Of a DNA stretch of 64,000 nt, positions 35,495-54,040 are shown piece after piece; positions within the stretch are counted from its first letter, which is position 1, and every line of letters begins with the position of its first letter. The stretch comes from the human T2T-CHM13v2.0 reference genome, Homo sapiens. The stretch lies in assembly GCF_009914755.1 (NCBI RefSeq), contig NC_060928.1; one strand, given 5' to 3'. A model generated the notes under the pieces. It was not told the origin of the DNA. It searched no databases and saw nothing but the letters and a program-made list of their open reading frames with translations. The position numbers were made by a program, and so were the translations under genes.

Positions 35495-35734
35495 AAATAT
35501 AAATACAGAAGTTTAGTGTTTCTATGAAGACTAGACTGCTTAAAAATTGTTTTCATATATATGTGGATGATATACCTGCAAAATATTAGATTAAATTTAT
35601 CAAAATCTAGGATTCTACATTCAGATTGCTTCAACATTCTTCTGGCATCTTAAAGAAATGGAAACTGGAAATTGGTGAGGCATATGGCTCTGGTTCTTTA
35701 AAAAAGATGATGCAAAAATCAAAGAAAAGGCAAG

Positions 35735-36105
35735 GTGTATATATATAGGTGTGTGTATATATATATATGTACACACACGCACCCTGATTTGATCATTACT
35801 CACTGTATACATATACCAACTGTCACTCTGTATCTCATAAATATGTACACCTATATATACACACACAATATATAGGTGTATATATATGTGTACATAAATA
35901 TGTACATATATAATATATAGGTGTATATACATATGTGTACATATGTATATACATTTACCCAGGGTCAGCATTGGGTTAAAAAACCAAGTTTTCTAATTTA
36001 TGTACACATATGTATATACACCTATATATTCTAATATTTATGTACACATATGTATATACACCTATATACACCTATGTATTATATGTATAAAGTGTATACC
36101 AACTT
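35735..36105. repeat. Complex (TA/CA/TG)-rich low-complexity tract with a 32-bp perfect inverted repeat and captured fragments
   Basis: Arms 35912-35943 and 35999-36030 are exact reverse complements. Confidence 0.9.
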
Positions 36106-38029
36106 ATACTTTTAAACCTTTTAAAAAGGTAGCTTACAAATTTCCCTGCTTTAATTGCCTTTTCCAATTAACTAGCCAGCTGTAGATTTTTTAACTTTTG
36201 ACAAGAAGGTGACATCTCCTATAAAGCTTTTATTCTCTGGTCTGGGAATCCTATCTGCTTATTAATTTTATATATGTCTACAATCAGAGAGAAATTTACA
36301 CATAAGCCTAACTCTTCTTTTGAGGAAAGAGAAGAATTGGAGATGATAGGAAGGGAAAATATCCACGGGTGGGTTCTCAAACAGAAGTGAGATGAATATA
36401 AAAATTGAGTAACAAATAAATGGTTCAACTAATAGTTAAATTTTCATTAATGTTAAATTAGAAGCCCATTCTATGTAAAATGATCTGTTTCTGTTATTTT
36501 TGCCTTCATTTCCCAGTGAAAGCTTATTTTTAAAAAGGCCAACTTTCCTCACTAAACATTCTCAGTAATCACGTTGCTTTCCCAGTCACCCAAAGTCACA
36601 AGCCAGAGCGTTGTCCAAGGCTCTTCCTCCTTTCAATCTCCAAATCCCTTGAACTCCATCTCGCAACTGTTTTCATATCTGTCCCTTTATCTTACTGCGT
36701 AGGAGAGATCAAACACAAGGGCAAGCATTTACCAAGTACATGTATCAAAGCCAATCCCTACTTGCCTGCATCTCTGCTCCCTGAACCACAGATTTTATTT
36801 TGTGGGACCCTGATGGAGTCAAAAAGATAACCTCCCTCACTTCCTGTCATATTTGCTATATGATGAGATATTCTCAAAATTAATGTTGCTGAAATTCATT
36901 TGCTGTTCTACCTGCTGCTACTGACATCAGTAGCACAACACAACTGTAAACGTAGGCTCTCCACAGGTCTCCTGTATTAACCGTCCACCATTACCACCCT
37001 CCCTTCCAGCAGCAAATCTTCAGCTCAGTTCCCTTGTTAATCTAGAATCCAAATCTCAGTTTATAACTGCTGCACTCAAAAGCAGTCAAGATTCTCTTGG
37101 CCTATCAGACTGAATCCAAGCTCCTTGGCATAAAATATGAGGTCCTCTGCAATCTGGATCTCTTCTTGTTTTTACAGATGTGACTCATCTTCTCTTTAAA
37201 CAATAGCTTTGCTCCTCTAGACAATTTCTACTCATTCTTTAGGTCTCATATTTGGCGTCTTCTTCTCTAGGAAGTCCCACCAATACCCCAGGAGAGTGGG
37301 GGAGGTGCACTTCCTGCTGCGTCTCCAACCCTAGCATCCACCTAGTGAATGCCTTGTATAAAGATTCCAAGAAGAATTTGCCAACACTGCAATAGACAGA
37401 GACAATCAAAGCTGCTATGCCCTTGGGGGTGCAGCTGTGCCAAATCAGTGACTAAGACAACTGTGGATTCTAAGGAGAGCTCTTGGAATGTGAAATAGGA
37501 AAAAGCCCTGTTGTGGAATCAGTTCTCCCTGCCTGAGCTATCCTTTACAGGAGGTTATGCCATAAATACCAAGCATCAGTTTTAATCTTATGCTATTGTG
37601 TCAAAATCTCCTCTTTACATACATTGAATAACATCTTATCTCTTCTACTTATATTAATTTAAACAGTTAAAATATCAAGGGAAAATACCAAAAGAATCAT
37701 ACTTTTCCAAATTTGAGCTTGACTTTTGGCTTTCTTTAAGAACTATAAATGTGATGTGGCAATGCACTAAATTCTTGAGTTATTCTTACACTATTTTTAA
37801 GATTAACGTAGTCTTAGAATTGGTTATTTTTAGATTGTACATTTATTTCATTAAGGTGAAACATATTTGGAAATTAGCACTAAATTAAATTTTTCTCATT
37901 CTAAAACAACATATCAGATGTTAATAGACTTCATTTGTATATTCTTAAAATTGCACCAAGTAAAAATTATATTTTGTATAGAATATGTGTAGTACTTGAC
38001 AGTTATAAAAAATCTGCATGAATTTATTT

Positions 38030-38185
38030 GCTTCTTACAATCCTATAGTACAGACAGATAGGTATTATTATCCCCATTTTAGTGATGAGGAAATGCAGGG
38101 TGGTTTGAGGACTCTGGCCACATTTACCCAGGGTTACCATTGGGTTAAAAAACAAACAAACCAATAAACCAAGATTTCTAATTCC
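38030..38185 (-). mobile_element. MIR
   Basis: ggtattattatccccattttagtgatgaggaaa core. Confidence 0.7.
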
Positions 38186-38629
38186 TTATAAGGATTTGTG
38201 CATATGCAGTTGTAGAGAATTCTTTTTCTCCCGAGAGGAGAATGTATAGGATGTAATATTTTAGCTTGGTAAAACCATTTTTCAAGTGTTAAAATTTATT
38301 GATACAACCAAAGAATAGGAAAAAAGTTTCTGAATTAATTCTGCTTTGATTTCTTTATCATGACCTTAAATAAGGACAATGATTTTATTAATCATTTCTG
38401 TCATTCATTTATAAGGTCTGTTTTACCTCTGTAGCTAAGACTACTCAAGTAAACAATTACGTATTTACAAATGTGAAATGTAAAGAATTTGCCTGATTTT
38501 TATGATTCTGACAGGAGCATACCTACATTTTTAAGTTTCATAGAAGGAAATTTACAGTGTTTACATTTGTTATTACTTTTCTGACAACCAGTGAAAACTA
38601 TGTGGAAAACAATATTGTAATGACTGAAA

Positions 38630-38748
38630 AGCAAGCTCCAAGGACACAAGAACTTTGTCTCTTTCTTCACTGGCACATTCTGAAGGCCAACAACAGGCCT
38701 GAAATATAGTTGGTACTTAATGAATATTTGTTGAATGAATAAATGAAA
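38630..38748 (+). mobile_element. L2 3' end
   Basis: aagctccaaggac..tgtctc..atatttgttgaatgaataaatgaa. Confidence 0.75.
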
Positions 38749-38786
38749 TAGTAAAGGAAACAGATGAGGAAATTGAGGCTCATGAC

Positions 38787-39237
38787 TCTATTAGTAAGGG
38801 TTCTCCAGAGAAACAGAATGAGTTGGAAACATGTAGGTGCATGAGAGGGGATTTATTATGAGAATTTGCTCATGTGATTAGGGAGGCTGAAAAGTCCCAC
38901 ATTTGGCTATCTGCAAGCTGGAAAACCAGGAAAGCTGGTGGTGTAATTTAATCCAGTCTGAGTTTGAAGTCCTGAGAATCAGGAGCTTCCATGTCCGAGG
39001 ATAGGAGAAGATGGATGTCCCAGCTCAAGAAAAGAGGATGAATTCCCTCTTCCTCTACCTTTTTATTCTATTCAGACCCTCAACTGCTTGGATGATGCTT
39101 GCCACCTTGACTCTTCTTCATTCAGTCTATGGATTCAAATGTTAATCTCTTCCAGAAACATCCTAACAGATATATCCAGAAAATCTTGTTTACCAGCGAT
39201 CTGGGTATCCCTTAACCCAGCCAACTTAACCATCTCA
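38787..39237 (-). mobile_element. MLT2C/D-like ERVL solo LTR
   Basis: tattagtaagggttctccagagaaacagaa...; perfect 5-bp TSD atgac. Confidence 0.88.
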
Positions 39238-40032
39238 ATGACCTTATGTTATTTGAGAAGTAAAAATAATTCTTTTATTTAACAAATTATTTACTGAGTG
39301 CCTAAGAAGTTCTAGACAGATTCTGAGGCTCTAGTATAGGACGACCAAGCATCTGGTACTGCCCTAGAGGGAGGTATTCCAGTTTAGACTGGGTGACTGG
39401 GGAAGGCCTTTTTGAGGTGCCACCATTTGAAATCTGAATGAAATGAGGGCACCAGCCATGTGAAGATAATATTACCTACCTATTGTCAAAACATTAAATT
39501 AGATGATGCATAGAAAGCACTTACCTCATACCTCATACATCCTCAATGATCAGCAAATGGTAGATATTATTGGTATTTCTATAGATGGCAACCAAGATAT
39601 TAATTTCTCCGTATTCAAAACTGAGGCAAATCTACCGTGTTGTGATACACACAGATGTGTAGATGGCCAAAATGAAGAATTAGTTGTATCCTAATCTATT
39701 CTTTATTGGACATGTTGGAAATATTGGGATTGCATGCTTTGAGTCCTTGGAAGAAGCAGGAGATGTCAATTCCTGCCCCAGGAGGAACGGGTTCTGCTGC
39801 ATTTTCTGACTTTTTATATCAAAGCCCCACATTTAAAAGCCTGAATGTCCAATTGGGACAGATATTCTAGGTGGGTTTAAGGGCCCTTGAACAGGATTAG
39901 GGTTTGCAAATTATCCACTTTTTTGGTACTTGGGCTATTATATATCAGCATGTCAAATGCTTTCTGTAATTTTTTTAATCTGCCAAACTTAAAAAAATTT
40001 TCCTAACTTGTCTGGAATATATATTAAGTCTT

Positions 40033-42606
<2,574 letters not shown>

Positions 42607-42719
42607 TGAAAACATAGCTTTTTTTGACCTTTCAAAAATTTGTTTATATATTCTGTATTTTACAGATTTGTAGTTTTTTCTTAAATGTTTATAACATTAA
42701 AACATTGTTTTATTGATTC

Positions 42720-43340
42720 TCTTTTAAAATCTCATTTTACAAATAAAATATGCTATTGTAAAGTAATCCAGCCAAACAAAAAATATATATAAGTAAGAAA
42801 CTAAAAATCACCCAAGATAACCACTGTTGTTGGTAACTATCCTTTAATACATTTTTCAGACATACATACGAATACTTAGATACACAATTTTGAATAAATG
42901 GAATAATATTTTACGTGTATTTCATTAAGAAAGCTTTTTAACCATTTTGTTAAATTGTTTATCCCTTTCCTCTCCCTCTCTTACCCATCCCTCCTCACCA
43001 CAACTATAAAAAAATTAGAAAACTGTTTTGGTCACTTGAACACCTAGTGTAAAAACCCCTCCAACCAAACGAATAAAGATATAACACATTCTCTTTATTG
43101 GATGCATAACATTAGCTGAATCATAGTTTGCTTATCTATATACTGAGTGAGGAGCATTCCTGCTATGTCTCATTTTTGTCACTATGAACAAAGCTATGGC
43201 AAACATCCTTGCACACATACCGTTAAGTGCTGATAATTTTATTTTTATGGGATTGCTAGGGGAACGTCTGCGTGTACTTGTAATCTTAATTGATATGGCC
43301 AGAATTGCATCCTCAAAAGAGATTAATAGTTCACATATCT
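42720..43340 (-). mobile_element. Ancient L1M(E) 3' relics
   Basis: gataaccactgtt, aaagctatggcaaacatccttgcacacata, gggattgctagg. Confidence 0.55.
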
Positions 43341-45708
43341 CTTTTGCATTTTATCCAATACTTATTTTTAGTGTTTATACATTTACATATACACATAATT
43401 AGGGCAACTACAATAAACTTATTGCATTATTATTGATGCTAGAAAAAACTCAGTCATTACTCAAGTTTTACCTGGCTCACTGATCTTGTCATCTGCATTT
43501 TAAAAGTGAGTGAAACAGGGCTTTAATAACCATGTTTCCAAAGCTATGCCAGGCAGCCAAATAGAACTGCCATCAATAGCTCCTGAGAGCCACAATAAGA
43601 AGTTACTCACTTAGTTCCATCAGTTCTTAGAGTTAAGAATGTTCTCTGCATTCCATTTAGCAGAGAAAAATGGCTCCATTTTGCCAGCATTGCTTTCTGA
43701 TTTTCATCACACTGCTGTGATATTTGCTTCCAGCACCTGAAAGCAGTATAAAAATGCATTTTAAATCATTGAATAGCATTTCTATGTTCTGATTTGTGTT
43801 ATAAACTTAAAAAAAAAAGATTTAAAGCTATGTATCTCAGCTCCTTGGCAGCATTCTTATTTTTTAAATTCTGAAAAAAATCAAGAACACCCATCAGAGA
43901 AATATAATGCCATTAACTCATTGTACTGATACATGATAAATTATTTATAATCTAATTATTATAATTAGAGTTAACATACAAAACCCATTCAGGCTCAGGT
44001 TTCACAGCAATGTTCGAATTGATTTTTTGAAGTTCATAATAATTGGCATCTATTTGCACAGGTGGAAATTGATGCCTCCTTGGTTATCTTCTCAGATCTA
44101 CCCAGTCCCTTACCCTTAGAGTCTCTGCCAAACTTTGAGCTGTGACGAGAATAGAGCAAAACATACTATTCAGTATTATCCAACCTATTTTCAGTCACTT
44201 CTTCAAATCAAACAAAAATTAAATTATTCTGTACTGTAACCACAGAAAGATTTTCTAAAAACACATTAAATATTTTTAAAAGCTTGCTATTGTGATTATT
44301 AGATCCACATCATAAATAGCTATTCATCTCCATGTAAGGTAGAAGAACAATCTTGGGGGTATAAATGAAGCACAAACTTTGAAAAAAATCTTCTGTCCAG
44401 TAGCTGTGTATATGAGTAGTGAGAGAGCCCCAAGTGAAATGCCCAGCAATAATCACTGCATATACATCAGTCCCTAGTGAGCTGTATATTAATGTCTGCC
44501 TGGAAATTTAATGGCACCTCTAGGCATAAACAAAGGCTTATTAAAATAGTAAGTAAAATATTCCTGAACACTGGATTGCTTTTTGAATTTTCCTATTCTG
44601 CTTTTGGAAATTAAGAAAGCCCATATTGTAATGCTAAAAGACACTGATTGAATCAACGCTTGGCATCATTTTATTTAGGTTCTATTTTACATAGCCCAAA
44701 GCAAATAATCTACTTATATTTGTATTCAAAGATTTTTATTTCTAGGAGAAAAACTGTAATGGTTATGAATAGAGTCCCTTTCATCAGTTTCTTTTTTTCC
44801 ATCTACCACCCACTTTTATATCCACTCTCTTCCTACATAGCTCCCCACATGCTTCAGGAGGACAGAATCCATGAAAGATTTGATTTTCATAAAACATAAT
44901 CAATGGAAGCAAGTTAATGTTACAGAGACTTTCATGAATCCATCTTGAACATGCAGCTTTGAAGTTCTTGTGGTCTCCCTACAACAACTGTATCCAACAT
45001 GGCATCTGGTGGATAACAGATGAAAATCATCATTTTTTCAAAGAAAATAATCTGGGGCTGCGGTCTATACCATTGGACATTTCTTTATAACATTTCAGCA
45101 GGTAGAATACAATGATGTCTTGAGAAATCTTGACTTGGAAAAATGTGTTATGCTATATCACTACACTCATAGTTTAGGGTCTTCACCTTGCAAAAAAGCA
45201 AAACTGTACCTAATGTATTACCTGCTCCATCCCCTCTTAGAAATGACAACACAACTATTTTTGAAGGAACTAGAGCTCATTATTCTTAACTTCCTCCTAA
45301 GTATCTCTCTCTCTCTCTCTCTCTAGATTTAGTCAAAAGTTAAATCAATTTAATAAAGCAAGTAATTTGTGAATAAATATTTGTCACTAAGATCTTTTTC
45401 TGTGGGTTTTGCCTTAAATTATGAAAGGACTATTTGGCAGTAGTACTTTATCTAGTATATAATGCTCATTATATAACTGGTTGACTTTTCAGTAGCTGAA
45501 AGGGTTATCGAATGATGCAACTTGATATACTTTTTTTATAGTAGAAGTTTGTAGTGACTTGTATAACAAGTTTATTTTCCCTGCAGACATATTTACAGGT
45601 AACAACTTTAGCAAATCACTTTGAGATGCTTTCATGAAATAGTTGTAGCAGTTGTGACCAATTTAGGTACAGTTTTCTGACATAAGAGAATATATTTAAG
45701 GACTCTGA

Positions 45709-46050
<342 letters not shown>

Positions 46051-47498
46051 GGTAAGTTACTATTTTAATCTAAAACCTACTTGATATAATGTCTCCAAAA
46101 GCAAACACTATTTTCCTACATTTAAAAAAGAGTATTTTCCCAATCTTCACGCAGATAACCTAGTTTAAAGTTATAATGATGGGCACAAGCTACTATGATG
46201 AGGAATAGTTGAAAGATTCATTTCTCTTCCAAAAGTGTGTATTTATTCTTTATATCTCTCGGTAATGCAGAACGTAGGCAAACAATGTCACTTTATGAGC
46301 TCTGTCCACTGGTTTTAGCAAAAATAATTGCTTTACCAATAAAAAGAGTGACAGGAAGTTAAGAAATAAAGGATAGACTGCTCTCAAAAAGAAGAAAATT
46401 GCCCAAACGTGAGGATAAAGTTTAATTAGGGAAGCTCTGCAGCGCCCCATCTCATAAAACTCATTTTATTAAATTTATGTCCCGTATTTTTGCCACACTA
46501 TATTGCTTTCTGCACTTAAAATCTGGCCATGAGGATATGAAATTATTTTCCCACTCAGTCACTGGCTTCAGGGGACACAGTTCTGATTTCACCAGGGTCT
46601 TTGGTCCTCTTGCCCTTCTGTACCTTATTCAAAAGTTTCAGCAAATTTGACCTCTGAGAAGATACAATTTCCCTTTAGCCTGATGGTTTGACTTTTCTGT
46701 TTGCATATTAGAAGTCTGCTCAGATGTAGAAAGTCTTACAGCTGAGCTCAGGAGCCAGAGCCAATATCAAGTGAAGTTTTGTTTCTGATGTATTAATATT
46801 TCACAACTGGGCCAATTTCCTTATTCAGAACTTAGCAAATAAATCCTATTTTTCAGGGTCCATTTTGGAGTGACTTGCTTATAAAATTATCTCTATGACC
46901 TAGTCTGAGTATTATCTGGTTAATTCTGTAAAATGTCTTTGTCCCCAACATTAAATCATGCCATTGAAGGAAAAAATCCACATGTTCTGGAAGGCTTGAT
47001 TATCTTGGAGGGCTGCCCAGGCGGGTAACATCTAAACATGTGCTCAATTCCCCTCCCTTTCATTTATAGTGACTCAGTCTGACCAGAAAAATTCTATTGT
47101 TGAATTTGATCTTGTTTGAGAAGAAGTGGTATTTTCATTTATGCTTAAATTATTTTTCAAAAGTACATTCATTAACTAGCAGCTTAGAACTCATCTTCCA
47201 GTGAAAACTGTTGAAAATCAGAGGCTGAATGCAAACACAGCTCTTTGGGGTCAGGCAAGTATTATTAAGAGCGGAGAAAGCAGGGTAGAGTATACATGGT
47301 TTTTTAAAACTTCAGTGAAACAGAGATTACTGGGCAAGAAGCGCTCTGACCTTTATTCCCTATCAAATGCAATCCTCAAGAGTAAGCAGATATGAGAGTA
47401 AGCAGGTAGGAGGGTAAGCAGATAGGACTTACACTGCCTCTTTCTTTGGCTTGATGATGAAAGTCTTCCCTTGTCGGAATGGTCCAGGGCCTTTAGAG

Positions 47499-47816
47499 TG
47501 GCGGTCCCCAACCTTTTTGACACCAGGAACCGGTTTCATGGAAGACAATTTTTCCATGGGCAGGGAGATGGGATAGTTTGGGGATGAAACTGTTCCACCT
47601 CAGATCATCGGGTGCTAGATTCTTACAAGAAGCATGCAACCTAGATCCCTTGCATGTGCAGTTCACAATAGAATTCATGCTCCTATGAGAATCTGATGCC
47701 ACCACTGATCTGACAGGAGGCGGAGCTCATCTGGCAATGTGCCTCCTGCTGTTGGTCCAGTTCCTAACAGGACATGGATGGGTACTGGTCCATGGCCCTG
47801 GGGTTGGGGGCCCCTG
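47499..47816. mobile_element. MER1B (hAT-Charlie MITE)
   Basis: gcggtccccaacctttttg...ggggttgggggcccctg terminal inverted repeats; perfect 8-bp TSD ctttagag. Confidence 0.94.
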
Positions 47817-49041
47817 CTTTAGAGGACTCAGCCTTTCCTCAGAGAGTGGCTCATGACTCCTTTGCATAACTGGATGATGATTTGGAGGGGAGAACATAAA
47901 AAGGTAGGGTCATGGGGTGAGTTCTGATTCACTTTAGTACTTAATGAGGACAGAAATTGTGGCCCTGTGTAAACATCCAACACAGCTTACCTGTTGGGGG
48001 CCACTGAGGGGCAATTGTTTCTCTATTCTTTTAAGGAAACATAGAAACAAGCACAGTTTTGCAATAAAGGAGCTTTAAGCAGAGTATTTTTAGACATGAT
48101 TTATTTTTTCCTTGAGGCCCATCTTTTCAAAAGCTGCACGCATATTTTGGTCTGCCTTGTTTAGGAAAAATAGATGCTGATCACAGTTCATTAATCCCAT
48201 TTACTTCGTTACTAGATGGTTGCAGTGGGGGCCCGAAGCCTTATAAAGGATCTATAAAATACTGCGTACTAAATACTAAGATATAAAACTCGCTATGAAA
48301 ATTAGTAGACAATTTTATATTAGTCATAATGCAAAGAAAAGAGTGAAATATTCAAGAAAACACCTCAAATGCTAGAACTTGAAGAAAATAGGTTTAATTT
48401 AATATGGATGAAGCATTGAAGACAAACTTGAGCAAATTGTGAAGCAGGCTACCATCCATTTGTAGTTTGTCAAATTTAATTTTAAAATTTAAGAAAATGT
48501 CGTCCATATAAGAACTGTATAGCACTACCACCATTCTTGGGCTTCCTGGTTGTGATGAGGACAAGGACAGCAAACTCATGATCTGCAGGCTCAAGCCCGC
48601 TGGACAGATGGATTGTTTAACTTTGAAAAATGTAAATAGCTTGGAGTAAGACAACACACTTCACCACCCCCTGTGGCTTTGCAACCTGCTGCTTAACACA
48701 CGCCTTGCCCACTTGGGCTCTGAAGGTGTTTATTTTCAGCCCTAGATTATATTACTTCCTTTGGGACTCAGAGATGTTAACAGAAGTAATGAAAGAGAGA
48801 GAACCAGGAAGAATAGATGGAACCAGAGAGAGAAGAAACAGATTCTTTTGGCTAACGATGCAACAGTTGGAAGAATAGAGAAAGAAAAAAGATTTGTTTG
48901 GCAAATATTCATTAAGTTCCTATCATACACCAAGCACTATTCAAAACACTGGGGGGAAAAAGAAACAACGAACAAAACAGATGAAGTTCTTACATTCATG
49001 GAGCTTACACTCTAGTTGGGGAGAAATATAAAACAACAAAT

Positions 49042-49439
<398 letters not shown>

Positions 49440-49765
49440 TCAGGGAAGGACTTGTTGACAAGGTTACATTTGAGCAGAGATGTGAAGAATGGCATTTCAG
49501 GCAGAGGAAACATGAAGTGCAAAGATCCTGAAGCTAGACATGATTAGTGAGTTAGAGCACAAATGAGGCCAGGCTAGGGGAGGAAGGCATGAGAAGGAAG
49601 CGGTAAGACATGCAGCAGTGACAAGGCAGTGGAGGGTGCAGCTCTAATAAGAACTAATAAGTTCTAATAAGTTCCACTCTGAGGGAGGTGAGAAGAGGGC
49701 TTTGAGTAGAGCTGTGATATAATCTTGCAAGAAAATTCCAATTGTTCCATTGAAAACACAGAAGC

Positions 49766-49928
49766 ATACTTATCTGGCAGGGGAGATACCATATTCATGA
49801 AGTTGGTTTTCCAAGGGCCAGGCTTATCCATTGCACTCTGGATGTGCTGACCCCTGTGATTTGCCCACACATGGGAAACTTGACTGCATAATTTGTGCAG
49901 TGAGGGACTGCGTTCATGCTTTCCCCAG
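49766..49928 (+). pseudogene. RNU1: Full-length U1 snRNA retropseudogene
   Basis: atacttatctggcaggggagatacc...attgcactc (U1A loop)...ataatttgtg (Sm site)...gctttccccag; 163 nt, many substitutions; TSD gaaaacacagaagcat / gaaaacacaagcat; sits in L2, no PSE seen. Confidence 0.95.
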
Positions 49929-50957
49929 TCTTCACAGCCTAAGAACAGGCTTCCTCTGTGTAAAGAAATAAAAGAAAACACAAGCATGGGCAGAAGTCAG
50001 TAGAACAATTAGGAGGCTCTTACAGTAGTTCAGATGAGAAACAATGGTGGCTCTAAGAGAGTCATAATGATAAGTGCTGCTAGGAAGTGGTCTGTATTTT
50101 CTTTGAAAGTAGAACAAGTAGGACTTGTTGATGGATCAGATGTGGAGTGTAAGCAAAAAACAAAAGTGCGGTCAAGGTTCACTCTACTTTCGTCTGTGTT
50201 TAAAAATGTCCACAACAAAAAGCAAGAAAACAGAGAGAGGGAGTCAAGGATGACTCAAGATCTTGGACTCAAGAAACTGAGAGAAAGGAGTTGTCATTTA
50301 CTGTTATGAGCAAAAACAGGGAAAGGAACATATGTAAGGGGTGGGACCGTGAGTTCAGTTTTGGGCATGTTAAATTTGAGATGCCTGTCAGTCCTCCATA
50401 TGGCAATACCAAGTAGGAAGTTGATTATATGCATTTAGAATTCAAAGAAAAGGCCTGGGCTATAGATAGAAATTTGAAATTATCTGCATGTAGGTGGCAT
50501 TTAAAGTCTGAAGATTAAGTGAGATCACCTGAAGAGTGATAAAGGAGAGATCTGAGGATTGAACATTTTGGCACTCTCAAGCGTAGAGGTCTGGAATATG
50601 AAGAGGAACCAGCAAGGATATGGCAGGATGACCAGAGAACTAGGAAGACAAAAAAAGAAAAAAAAAAAAAAAGCCCAGCAAGGAAGGCATTTTAAGAAAG
50701 GGGAATGATCAAAAGTGACTCAAATGCCTCTGATAATGAAGGAAGACAAGAACTAAGAAAAAACCATTAGCTTGGCAACATGGATATTGCTATTAATCTT
50801 TGAGTGCATACAAGCCCCTTGAGCTTGCTTCAGGAAATATTAGGAGAAGTACAAACAGCAAATGTAGCCCACCATTTTGAAGGTTTTTGCTATGATAGGG
50901 AGCAGAGAAATCAGGTAGTACCTAGAGGGTCATGTGCAGTCAAGTTGGGGTTTGGGT

Positions 50958-51261
<304 letters not shown>

Positions 51262-53094
51262 AGGGTTTTATTTTTAAAGACAAAAATGATCCAGTCAGAG
51301 AGGAAACTATGATACAGAAAAGACACACAACTTCCAGAAAGATGCTCTTAGAAGACAAGATCCATTTTACACGTGGAATTCTCTTTAGATAGGAACAGAG
51401 ATTATCTATTCAATGTGACAGAAGGGAAGACAGGATGCGGGGCATAGAGGAAAGTGTGTGTGTTTGGTGGTGGAAGCATGAGGAAGTTCTAATTATCTCT
51501 ATTTTCTTAGTAAAATGAAGAGCAAAGTCGTTATAGTGAGAATAAAGAGAATTAGAGAGAATAAATGGCAAGATGCTGTAGGTTCGAAGAGAAAAGAAGG
51601 GTATAAAATAGTTGTCTCGGAGAATAAGAGATGAAAGTGATTATTCAAAGGCAGTGAAATTCCCTGGCAATAATGAAGGCCCACTTGAGGGTGACAATCA
51701 GGAATCAAAGTAAATCTGTTAGCATAACTTTTTTTGCAGCCATTTCCAACAGATCAGAAGCAGGAAGGAGTAGGTGGAAGTTGGGATTTAACTAAGAAGA
51801 AGTAAATTTGATGGTGGAAGAGAAGGACAAGGGAATTGGGATTATATAAGGTAATGGTTATCATGTTGAACTGTTGAATCTTAATTGAGGATAGAGGTAA
51901 ATGCAGATATGAGGAAGTGAGAAATAGATGCTAAGGTCAATAGATATATGTTTCTTGTGTGGCTTGAAAATGATCAGAATGAGATGGAGACTTGGAAAGT
52001 AGTGGTGGGAGTATATGACATCTGAAATTGACATGAAAGGGGGTGCAGTTATTGATACTCGTAAGGTTTAGAGTGCAACCATAAGAACAGGTAGCTGGAG
52101 TGATGTGGAGGACAAGATGATGGCAGGAGAGAGCACCAAGAGCCTGAGGGGCTAGATTATTGTAAGGATCTTTTCAATGATATTGAAATCACCAAGAATT
52201 AGGAGAAAACTGCTGTTGGGGAGATGACAGTGGGTAAGGCATGAGAATCTTCAAGGAATAATGCGAAGTGACTATGAAGTCTGTAGATGATTGGACATAT
52301 GGAGCAGTGAGGTGACCCATGGCTGAACTTCAGAGGAAGCAAGGATGTGTTTAGGGAGAAGGAAAGGAGGATAAGCTGAAATTGGCAGTGACTATTCATA
52401 GCTGCAGAAAGATCAGGTTTCATTTAGAATAAAGAGACGAAGGTGATGTAGAGACTACTTCAAGGATATAGGAAATTTTGCTAATGACCCACAGTGAACT
52501 CCAAGGAACAGGGTGGAAGAGTGTATTGTGGGAAAGGGTGTGAGATTGGGTCATATAAAGAAATGAACAGAGCTATACAAGAATGTGGTTTACAACGATG
52601 AGTGGTGAATTGGGGCTTCTTTTGGTGACTGAGATGGCCTGAGTGTATATAGTTTTCACTTGCTGAAAAATTTCCAAGATAATTTATTGAGTTTTGATTA
52701 TAGAATAAATAGGAGAACATGGCTTGTGAATATGCTCAAGCGGTTTTAGTAGTTTATCACCATGACCAGTAGATGGTATTGTTGGCCCAAGATAGTTTGG
52801 TTGCTGTTTGCTGTTCAGCACAGAGTGGAAAAGGGAAGGAAAGGAGGTTACAGATGGACTATGAGAGAAGGCAGTGTGTCTTCCACTTGGTAAAATGTAA
52901 AGTATACTGGTAGATTTAGGAGATATCCTTATCTGAACTAGTCACTGTTACACAAAATTAATGTTTGATAGAATGGACAAACAAGCACAAATTCTTGGAA
53001 AGGACTGGGAGTTTTAACAAATCTTGAGCGTAGAGTTATAGAAATATATAAAGTGCAAATAATGGGTTTTAAAAGCACATAGATATATCTAAAA

Positions 53095-54040
<946 letters not shown>

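Noticed and set aside
35621-36185. Y/I/H/V-rich ORFs
   Set aside because: Translation of the TA/CA low-complexity tract
49766-49928. Functional variant U1 gene
   Set aside because: TSD, A-rich tail, insertion in L2, no PSE/DSE seen, and a mutated U1-70K loop indicate a retrocopy
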